64,000 nt of DNA. It comes from Camelus ferus (taxonomy: Eukaryota). The translations under genes were made by a program, and so were the position numbers. The notes below the pieces were generated by a model. The model was not told the DNA's origin. It was given only the letters and a program-made list of their open reading frames with translations, and ran no database searches. This document shows positions 53,569-64,000 of the stretch, piece by piece (positions within the stretch are counted from its first letter, which is position 1; each line of letters starts with the position of its first letter). The DNA lies in contig NC_045697.1 in NCBI RefSeq assembly GCF_009834535.1, positions 95,172,001 through 95,236,000 on the forward strand, written 5' to 3'.

Positions 53569-55182
53569 GTCATGATAACTATAGTATGAGGTTTTAGAAA
53601 ATAGTGTATTATCTATATTAAATGTCTACAGGGCTCTACAAGAGAAGACATATTTGGGACTAAATGCAGTTCTACCATAACAGGCTTGAGTTGTGCAGCA
53701 TAAACAGGCAGCATTATTTCAGAAAGCCTACTGTCATCACTCACAAGGATGTCCTTGTTCAAATGGAGGTAAGGAGTTTTCCCATTGCAAAAGGAATTTT
53801 TATGTAAGATCCAACTTTTTCAACAGAAAAGTTGTTACTACCAATACAAGCTGTACTGAGTAGAAAAGTTCTTAATATGAAAAATTCATCCTATGTTGCT
53901 CCTTCTAAATCTTGATTGAAGTTTATTTGTAGGATTTAGATTGTGCAGTTATATAAATGATCAGACATCTGAATACTTTTTGACCCATGCTCAATTTGAA
54001 TTCTTTCCATGTGGCTGTTTTACCTACTGCCTTTGAGTACTTTCAGCTTGTTTCTTCCACATCCTTCATCCATTATCAGAGTAAAATCTCCAGGGCTAAC
54101 CTGCACTAATTCAGTAAAATGTTTACTGATCTAAGTAATAGTTTAAGTTCCCCTGTTTTATGTCTATAAATTTTTGTATTTTACTTAGAGTAGGTATTCT
54201 CTTTCACTGTAATTTTCGGCCTATTATATTTCTCCCAAGATAACTTAAAAATATCAAGAGGATGGGAGCTGACTGATGTCTATCTTTTTTTAACCTCTAT
54301 ACTTCCAGGAGAGTACACAGTGATTGTCTCTTGGTGTGGGAAAAAAATGGAATATTTGTAGATCTGATGAGTGAGTCAATGAATAATTTATTCATCTCAT
54401 TTTTCACCATTTAAGTGATTTATTATTTTCTACTATTCAAATGCCACTGCATTGAATAAATATTGCTATTATATGCCTACATATGTCTATAATTATTATA
54501 CTGAAATACATTGCTATTAGAGGAATATTTATCTAAATATATATGTACAATTTCTAGTACTTTCTATACTTGCTTTCAGAAAGATATATATGTACATGAC
54601 TGTTTCCTTGTACATTTTATGAAACTTATTACAATTAATATATACATTTAAAATTTTATCACTAGAAAATGTTTCATAATCATTGAATTTGCTGTCCTTG
54701 AAATGTTGAATATTTGTTACTGACTTTTTATTATTGTTATTGTTCCTTGATAACAGGGAATATTTCCATGTATAATTGTATTTTCTGGAGAACTTAGGTT
54801 GTGCCATTAGATGATTATTGTGATGCGGATGATGATAACTACTATTATTACAGTTGCACAGGGAGCACTTGCACAGCCCGAACAGATCCACATTTTCTAA
54901 CTTCCTTATTTGCTGTCATTATAAGAAATGAGGTAGACAAAAAAAAAAATCAAACATTTTCTGTTTATCTCTGAAAATCTACATCAAGAGATTTGGCAAC
55001 ACTCCTTTAAGCAATGCCTTAAATTAGATCTACATGATACTGAAGTTCTATTTAGAAATACAATACTACATAAAATATTCCATTTCTAAATCTCTACCAT
55101 GTAGAAATATATCAAGATTTTTGCTGATTGTATTTCTCATTTTTTGTTGCAAAAATATAGCACTGGCATGTTTAGAGTATAT

Positions 55183-55183
55183 A

Positions 55184-55214
<31 letters not shown>

Positions 55215-55222
55215 GTGTGTGT
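55183..55222. repeat. (TG)n microsatellite, interrupted
   Basis: Directly visible. Confidence 0.92.
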
Positions 55223-56367
55223 ATACACACCATGTAAACTAGGTTTGCCTTTATTTGTGTTTAATATATCAAGTGGCAGTCTCCAGTAGCATAACCTAAT
55301 ATGTGAAGTTATAGCTATACCAAACTTTGAATTTGTCATGAGAAGTATGGAATTACCTCTTACTAGTCCCATGTCCGAGGGGAAAAAAAAAGGAATAGTA
55401 CATTTAATTTTGCAGCACTGCAGTGCAAAGCATCAACTGGCATTTAATGACTTCAGGAACGCCCTCAATTTCTCCAAATGTTGTCTGAATGAAATTCAGC
55501 AAGTATATTGCATGTGGTCCAAAAATAATAAAAAGAGCTCTTGAACTTTCACTAAGTATTATTGACCATAGCAAATAGTAGTATCTATTGCAAGAGTAGA
55601 TTTTATTGCACTACTTACATTGCATTAACCTGTTTTGTCAGAAAAATATCAGAAAAAATTTTAAATCATATTATTTGAACTATGAAGCTATCAATACTAT
55701 TTGGGTACCATTCTTGCCCCTAAATCTAATACATTTTTGTGTTTTTATTTATTATTTTATCTTACTATGTGTTGGTTTTTCAAAAGACAAATGTTTCAAT
55801 CTCCATTTTTTAAATGAACAAAATAATATGAGTTTCCAACATCAGGCAGTCAATGTCAGTGACAGGAAAAAATGCTCACATCTTTCAATTTTTTTGTATA
55901 ATGATCTATAATTGTGTCATAGATAGGAATATATTTGCTTTACTTATTAACTATTACCTAAATATATAAACCAAATCTATCTAGTTAAACTGCCTTCGAT
56001 GTAAAATTGTCAATGTATTTTTAGTATCAGGAAAAAAAAATCTCATGAGCCTCAAATTGTAACATAAAGTTAACAAAGTTTCAAGATCTTATTATTAATC
56101 AGTATGCATTTAGTCTATAATTTATAGTACTAATAATGGTTGGATAACTAATAAAATCACCTCTCATGATTTATCTGACATCTCAATTTAACTAAATCCT
56201 CCTGTCTTATAGACTACTCCTTTTAGAAACTTTCATAGTATTTTTTGTTTTCACAATATGGAATTTTGGTAGATATATCTACATCCAACAAAAGACAAAA
56301 ATGCTTCCTAGAAGGAATTCATTATTTAATGATGAGTGAATGAATGTATGAATGATCTGTATACCCA

Positions 56368-56370
<3 letters not shown>

Positions 56371-56402
<32 letters not shown>

Positions 56403-56415
56403 GTGTGTGTGTGTG
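56371..56415. repeat. (GT)n microsatellite, interrupted
   Basis: Directly visible. Confidence 0.92.
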
Positions 56416-56597
56416 AGATGGGTGTTGGGAAGAGCATTTGTGGGTATACAGAATTGCATGGGAAAAGACATGGGAATATGACAAGATTTGTCACATTAGA
56501 AGAGTTCTAAATGTCATAGATTCTGTAAGTTGTAGGTGGCAATGCATTATGTGATAGGACAGGTGAGTAGAACAGACATGACACAGAGTATTGGATT

Positions 56598-57944
56598 CAG
56601 TGGTGGGCTGGGTATGGCTTCAAGTGCTGCAGCACAGCATCTATTCACTAGCCTAAGTTCAGCTGTCAGTTGATATATACTGTTGGGATCTTTATTTTTT
56701 TAACTGAAGTACAGTCAGTTATAATGTGTCAACCTCTAATGTACAGCACAATATCCCAGTCATGCATATACATACATATATTCATTTTCGTATTCTTTTT
56801 CATTAAAGGTTATTTCAAGATATTGACTATAGTTCCCTATGCTATGCAGAAGAAATTGATTTTGGGTTTTTTTAATCTATTTTTATATATAGTGGCTAAC
56901 GTGCAAATCTCAAACTCCCAAATTTATCCCTTCCCACCTCCTTTCCCCTGGGAACCATAAGATTGTTTACTACATCTGCAAATCTCTTTCTATTTATTTA
57001 GATGAATTCATTAGTGTCCTCTTTTTTTCTTTTTTTTAGATTCAACATATGAGTTATATCATATGGTATTTTTCTTTCTCTTTCTGGCATACTTCACTTA
57101 GAATGATGATCTCTAGGTCCATCCATGTTGCTACAAATGGCATTATTTTATTATTTTTATGGCTAATTAGTATTCCATTGTATGAATATACCACAGCTTC
57201 TTTATCCAGTCATCTGTCGATGGACATTTAGGTTGTTTCCATGTCTTGGCTATTGTATATAGTGCTGCTATGAACATTGGGGTGCATGTATCTTTTTGAA
57301 TTAAAGTTCCCTCCAGATATATGCCCAGGAGTGGGATTGGTGGATCAGATGATAAGATTATTTTTAGTTATTTGAGGAATCTCCATACTGTTTTCCATAA
57401 TGGCTGCACCAAACTACATTCCCACCAACAATGTAGGAGGGTTCCTTTTTCTCTGCACCCTCTCCAGCAATTATTGTTTTTGGACTTTTGAATGATGGCC
57501 ATTCTGACTGGTATGAGGTGATTCCTCATTTGTAGTTTTGATGTGCATTTCACTGATAATTAGCACCACTGAGCATTGTTTCATGTGCCTATTGGCCATT
57601 TGTATGTCTTCATTGGAGAATTGCTTGTTTAGGTCTTCTGCCCATTTTTGGATTGGGTTGTTTGTTATTAAGTTGCATGAGCTGTTAATATATTCTGGAA
57701 ATTAAGCCCTTGTCAGTCTCATCTTTTGCAAATATTTTCTCCCGTTCCGTGAGTTGTCTTTGCGTCTTGCTTATGGTTTTCTTTGCTGTGCAAAAGCTTG
57801 TAAGTTTAATTAGGTCCCTACTATTGATATCTTAAAATAGGACTTGATGGGAATATTTGCACTCTGAAAATTGACAAACATTATAAATCACACCTTTTTT
57901 TCCTTCTGAATGCCAGTTATTATACCTTTCCCAGCACATGACTC
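56598..57944. mobile_element. MER63A-like hAT DNA transposon split in two (56598-56692 and 57819-57944) by an L1
   Basis: Inverted ends cagtggtgggctgg / ccagcacatgactc. Internal 'tgggaatatttgcactctgaaaattgacaaacattataaatca'. Confidence 0.75.
56693..57818 (-). mobile_element. 5'-truncated camelid-type L1 (ORF2 C-terminus plus 3'UTR)
   Basis: Antisense [33 protein letters not shown] (the L1 cysteine-rich region). TSD tactgttgggatctt / tactattgatatctt, 12 of 15 identical. Confidence 0.93.
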
Positions 57945-59591
57945 CAGGACATGTAAAGAAATTTCAACATTAAGCATCATTATTTTTGAAGTGTTTAAAA
58001 GATGAAACAGTAGTTGAATCTGTACACAACTGGGACATTACTGGTCTATGAGCCTGTGAGGCTGATTGTATCCTTCTTAAAGTTTAACTTTTTAAGAAAA
58101 AAAAATAAAAAGTAAAACAGCATTAATACTGTTTTCAAGAGATATTGTATTTGACATATTTTATATGAGGTGAAATCACTGTACTTTTTTTTAATCAAAG
58201 GAAAAATGTAAGGATGAGTGAATGGACACAGCCTAATGTAATGAGATGTAAATTTGAGTATCAAGTACTAGTAGCCTAAGAAGTTTTAAAATATTTTCTG
58301 TGTATGTGAAAGTATTTTCCATATATATAATTTGGAAATATATATTCCAAAGTCTTGCTTATGGAAAGTTATACTTAAGAACCTAAATATCAGTTTTAAG
58401 ATATTCTTCTAAATTCTTCTAAAAATATAATAAATTATATCTAATTGTTTAAAATATAATTCAGTTGCTTCTGAGTTGTAATGTAATATGTAAAGAACCC
58501 AAATCTCCATGGATGACATAATTAAATTTAAATTTGTTTTGGGTCTAAAAAATTATTACCACTGTGCTTTAATAGTAAACTTTGGTTTACTTCTATTAGA
58601 TTTATTTTACAGATAAATTTTTTCATTGTATAGTTGAAAACCTTTGACATGTGCAATCCCATTGTTATGACTAGAAACAATAAACTGTGTACTAGAGTAG
58701 GATTATACCTATCTCAGCTGAGAATGCCCAGAAAAGAGGTAATTTATTTTACATGAAAAAATAAGATCACAGAATGTTTGAGGGACAGCATTTTTGAGGA
58801 CATATAGAGTTCATTCATCCATTTTTAGTATTTTTATTAATATTATAAATATAATGAAAATATAATCTGAATGGATAGATAGAAATAGAAATTATTTTCA
58901 AAATTACCCCTTTTCCTATTACAAAATGTTAACAGCAGAGAACAGTTTGGTGCACTCCTTTTTAGTCTATTTATTCATTCCTTTTAAAGACCATTTTTTT
59001 TTTAATTTTAAACATGCTACATTCATACTCTATAAAGCCTTTGAATTAATTTCATATGTTATATTATAAATAAGCATAAAACTACATTATTGTAGGCAAT
59101 GTAAATGTATTTTAAACTGGACTTTCTTTTTTAACTACTGTAAATTGTGATAATGGCTGTTGGTTTGAAATTTTTAACTTTGTTAGAAAGATTTTTAATC
59201 TTTTCAAATATTAGTGAAATGTGTAATCTCTTTTATATCTATTTAAACATTTACTTTGGGGCCATATTATGTCACATACAAATAGCCTTGGATTTATGGG
59301 ATAAAATCTATTTAGTTTTAATATTTTCTTTAAATTTAATCTAAAATTTTTTATGTTAGCATTTCATTTGTTACAATGGCATTAGTTTTGTTGGTTTCTC
59401 TAAATAAGTCTAAGTCACTGAAATATACTGTATTAAAGCCTAGTTGAAGGCAACCTGAGGAATTCAGAATTTATTGTAAGGATGAGGAACATTCTGAGAA
59501 CTTGATCATTGGAACTGTCAGATAAACTATGTTACTACTCATTTTAGGTTCCCCTAATATGGACTGTGAATTGAGGGCTGTTATGATACCA

Positions 59592-60031
59592 TTTTTTAAA
59601 TTTTATTGAAGTATAGTGACTTACAATGTTGTGTTAGTAGAAACTAGCACCAAAAAGTATACAGCATGGTAATTCAGTTATACATACACACATACATGTA
59701 TTCTTTTCATATTTTTATTATAGTTTATTACAAGCTATTGAGCATAGTTCCCTGTGCTATACAGTAGGACCTTATTGTTTATCTATTTTATATATAGTAG
59801 TTTGTATCTGCTAATCACAAGCTCCTAATTTATCCCTCCCCTCCACCTTTCCCCTTTGGTATTCTATGTCTGTGAGTCTGTTTCTGTTTTGTAAATAAGT
59901 CATTTGTGTCATTTTTTAGATTCCACATGTAAGTGATACCATATGATATTTGTCTTTCTCTGTCTGACTTACTTCACATAGTATGATAATCTCTTAAGTT
60001 CATCCATGTTGCTGCAAATGGCATTATTTCA
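59592..60031 (-). mobile_element. Artiodactyl-type L1 3'UTR fragment
   Basis: 'ttttattgaagtatag...atagttccctgtgctatacagtaggacc...catccatgttgctgcaaatggcattattt'. Confidence 0.9.
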
Positions 60032-60179
60032 GTATCTTTTACCTATTATTTTAAAGTCAGAGTTTTGTGGGGTTTTTTCACCTACGTTAAGACTTATGTT
60101 TACATTTCAAAATAAACTGAATGGCACTATATAATTTTTTAGCTAAAAATCAATTCTTCTATAAATCTATCAGTTGTTG

Positions 60180-62350
60180 GTATCTCAAGTCCAATTATTC
60201 TCCAGTTTCACTAGTCTTCCAACTCATAGATTCCACCGTATTTTCATTGTCCTTCACACTATTGCTACCCTACCTTCCTTCTTTAAGTAGCTTAAATTTC
60301 ATTATCAACCCTTATACTTAACCACTCCTCTGTGTATATTGTCAAATCCTTGCCCTTTTCACGTCTCCATTCTGCATTAAGTCCAAAGCATACTCACTGC
60401 ATACTTATATACCCATGCAGCTGAATGAATCTAGAGTAACACACCCCACAATGCTGGGTGATAGCTCTTTAAATTCACACTTACTGGCCTCAAGCAAGAC
60501 ACAAACGCTTCATAATGCTTAACTGTCCTATACTGCTTTTGTCCAGATCTCCTAAATGACATTTTCACATATTCCACTCACTCCTCCAACTGGCAACCCA
60601 CTCTCACTTCTTCTAGCTAATGAACTTATCTCTTGCTTAGCTGGCAAAGTCATCAAAGGACTTCCACAGACTCCCATCATGACACTGTTACAACATCCAA
60701 CTGTCAGTTCCACTCTGCATTGAACAACTCCACTGGCCACAATTTGCATTTATTTCATTGAATGCTAATCATTAGAGCAAAACTCTATAGGATACATTGT
60801 TAAGGGTGCACCCAGGAGTTGTGCAATTAGCAGCCTTGCCTATCAATGCCTGTGCTCATGATGTATCAGTTTTGCTTTTCTCTAAACTCAATCCCATCGC
60901 ATTGTGCATAGTCAAAAAATGACTAAATCGATTCTCCCTTCTCTCTCCTACACCAAGATTTTTCTCTTCACAGGATTTATCCATCAGCATGGAAACATGC
61001 TGTTTTTTCTTTTATGTGGGAGAAAAAACCAATCTTCTCAGGATCATCCCCCTTTCCCTTTTTATCTACTACTCAATTTCTCTAATCCTCTTTGTAGAAA
61101 AATTTCTAAAATAATCCTCTCTACATGTTGTTTCTTATTCTCTCATAAATCCTTTTCAGTAGATTGCTTCCCCCACTGCTCAACCCAAAACTGTTCTTGT
61201 CCACTTACAAATTGCTAAATAAAATGGTAACTTCTCAGTCTTTATTTTACCTTACCTGTAACAGAATTTGAGAAAGTTTAATTCTTTCTCCTTGAAAACT
61301 ATTTCTTGGATCCCAAATCACCACATTCCATCCGTTTGCCGAATACCTCCTGATTAACCCCCCTTTGTCTCTATTCTTGGTTTTCCCTCTTCTCTGTCTT
61401 TTTTTTACTGTTGAATGGCCTTATCGTTCAGTTCTTGATCATCTCCTCATTTCTATCCATACTCATTCATTTGATGATGTTATACAAGTTCTTGCCTTTA
61501 AATAATGTCTATAAATATGTGGGTGACCACCATATTTGTGCCTTCAACCAACTGTAATTCAAACTACAAACATAAATCCATAATCATTTTTCGCTTAAGA
61601 AATATGGTTAAATTTTTTTATATCTGAACAGGAACAAAATATATATCTTCCTCATGTTACCACTCATAAAACTACAGATCACTGATTCTTGATTAAAGAA
61701 ACTGAAAGACATGCCAAATATGTTCTCATTTGGTAGAGATTATTTCAGATCTGCAGTTATTATCATATTTAACATATGCTATTTCTACTACCAAGCATCT
61801 CAAATTTAAAATGTCACAAACTAAACAAGTTTATACTGTATAGCACAGGAAACTATATTCAATATCTTGTAGTAACTTATGGTGAAAAACAATATGAAAA
61901 GGAATATATTTATGTTCATATATGACTGAAGCATTGTGCTGTACACCAGAAATTGACACAACATTCTTAACTGACTATACTTCAATAAAAATAGATATAG
62001 AAATTTCTTTAATGTCATAAACTCATTCCCCAATATGTGCTGTTCTTGTGGTCTTTGCACCTCAGGTAGCTCTGTTCTTTCAGATGCTCAAGACAATAAC
62101 TTTGGAAATATGTTGACTCATCTCTTTTTTCTATCATGCTTATAACCTCTCAGTATATCCTGTTAACTCTACCTTCAAAATATATTGAAAAACTAAATAC
62201 TTTTCTTTTTTTCTACTCAGTTCTACCCACTTCAACCAGCTTCAAGATTCTAACATCCATCACCCAAAGTACCACATTAGCATCCCTACTTGTCACCGTG
62301 AATCCACACTTTCTCCTACATTTTCTTCACAGTGATTATTGCTCATGTGT
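60180..62350 (+). mobile_element. Fragmented L2 element(s)
   Basis: Pyrimidine-rich L2 motifs: 'ttgctaaataaaatggtaacttctcagtctttattttac', 'aagcatctcaaatttaaaatgtc', 'cagatgctcaagacaataactttggaa', 'ctctaccttcaaaatatat'. Confidence 0.65.
61823..62010 (+). mobile_element. Camelid-type L1 3' terminus inserted in L2
   Basis: 'tactgtatagcacaggaaactatattcaatatcttgtagtaac...ctatacttcaataaaa'. 13-bp TSD aatgtca(c/t)aaact at 61810-61822 and 62011-62023. Confidence 0.9.
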
Positions 62351-63689
62351 CTCAAAGTCCTTTATTTGCTTTCTAAATTATATGGAGCAATAGTCTGCAT
62401 TCTGAAAAATATCTACATAAAAGGGACATTCAGAATTAATGAAATATAGAGATATTATTAATCAAGTATAATTTTTTCTTGTATACAGTGTTGGATATGT
62501 CATCTTTTTTCAAGTTTTATACAAAAGATATATTCAGATAAATGTAATATTAGGGTAATAAAGAATATAAGGTTTTGTATTTTAAGAATCAGAAATGTAA
62601 CTTAGCTACTCAACTGTAAGAATGAATTTATTTGTGAAATCAGGCTTTTGCTTGTGAAAAGTAATTATATATAATTCTATTTATATAGACTTATGGAAAG
62701 CAGAAATTTGTTGTGCAAATTTAAATGCAAAAATTTTGTTATTCTTCTTAAGCATAAAGGTGGTTGAAAAGAACGCTCTGAAGGAGTTCAGTATTCCAAA
62801 CCAAATCCATTTTTTTTTCTAAAATGATACCAAACAAAACTTTTTGAAGAACGAAATTTCTTCAACATCATCAAAGTATGTATTTCTACTTCTTTGACTG
62901 TTTCTGTTTTATTTAGGAATAGAGATAAATGTCATTTCTCATTTTTCTTTGACATCCTAGGCAGATACATGCATGGATGAATTTCATAGCCTTTTTACAA
63001 AATAGAAAGTTGATCCAATAGGTCTGAATTTAACCTTCATTTTTTTTTCACACACAAAGACATATACATACACTCAGATAACACAGTTCCAATATGACTT
63101 GAAATATTTCTTTAAAAAATCTGATTTTACTCTTCTAATATTGATTGACCATATTTAAAACTTACTAATGTATGTTCTTCATTGCATAAAATGTGTAATA
63201 TTTTAAGTAACAGAATGTACTATTTGCTGAACAATCAAATTAAATACTGTTTATAATTTTGCTTGGTTATAATTTAATTAATAACTAATTAATCATAATT
63301 CCTTTCCATAAGTTTTCTGTTAATCCTCCTTTTTGCATATTAGAATTTCATGTATTTGCATTTAATTAGAAAACATTTTGCTAATTTCCGTAAAGAAAAT
63401 AACAATAACAGTGTTTTGAAGTCAATTTTACATATCACAATTAATATTTTCTTTGTGTTTTTTATGTCTTGAAAGCCACATTGGCTTTTTTTGTCTGTGA
63501 ATTTCACTGCCTGTGTCATTAAATAAGTGAATACATATTTAGAACTTACTTATATGTGTTTGTCATCAGTACTTAAAGATGTTACTCATAGTAATTATTC
63601 ACTGGATGTTCAAGCATAGCAAAAATCATTGAAGCCTGATGAACTAAATTATTGAGAAATATATATACACATACATACATATCAGAAAG

Positions 63690-64000
63690 TAATTTGTTTT
63701 ATATGGAGTCATTTGTGCCTCTTAAATCCTTACCCTATTTTGTCCCTCTCCCCACTAGTAACCACTAGTTTGTTCTCCATATCTGTGAGTCTGTTTCTTT
63801 TTTGTTATATCATTCATTTTATATTTTAAATTACACACGTAAGTGAAAACACACAGTGTTTGTCTTTCTCTGTCTGACTTACTTCACTAAGCATAATACC
63901 CTCCAAGTCTATCTATGATGTTCCAAATGGCAAAATTTCATTCTTTTTTATGTCTAAGTAATATTCTATTGTATAATTATACCACTGATTCTTTATCAAT
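63690..64000 (-). mobile_element. L1 3'UTR fragment, antisense, runs off the window end
   Basis: 'taaccactagtttgttctccatatctgtgagtctgtttc...gtctgacttacttcactaagcataataccctccaagtc'. Confidence 0.88.

Noticed and set aside
58332..58350. Near-palindrome ttggaaatatatattccaa
   Set aside because: Short and AT-rich, so expected by chance.
62751..62880. Plus-strand exon candidate (IKVVEKNALKEFSIPNQI...)
   Set aside because: The frame stops just after the T run near 62820, the AAG acceptor is weak, and no protein is recognised.
1..64000. Prokaryote-style systems (operons, CRISPR, defence islands) or a processed pseudogene
   Set aside because: The sequence is mammalian and repeat-rich. I found no dense coding region, regular repeat-spacer array or recognisable retrocopy of a cellular gene.

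Overview
AT-rich, CpG-depleted mammalian genomic DNA, either intergenic or inside a very large intron. It is most likely from a camelid (camel, alpaca or vicuna): it carries two Vic-1-like tRNA-derived SINEs and artiodactyl-type L1 3' ends, and I saw no Alu or Bov-tA elements. I recognise no protein-coding exon, rRNA, tRNA gene or CRISPR array. The only ORFs with recognisable protein sequence are disrupted LINE-1 ORF2 pieces. A large part of the window is transposon-derived: L1s of several ages, L2, MIR, MER58A, MER63A, MER21-like, MLT1, MLT2 and solo ERV LTRs. I found no new biological system. The best-supported oddities are retrotransposition structures readable from target-site duplications: an L1 3' transduction (18.5-19.0 kb), a twin-primed L1 missing about 2 kb at its inversion junction (42.9-44.7 kb), and a tail-less L1 fragment between 11-bp direct repeats (16.5-17.0 kb). 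A repeat-poor block at about 11-16 kb holds a speculative promoter and first exon. Repeat family names come from remembered consensus sequences, and boundaries are approximate unless a TSD is quoted.
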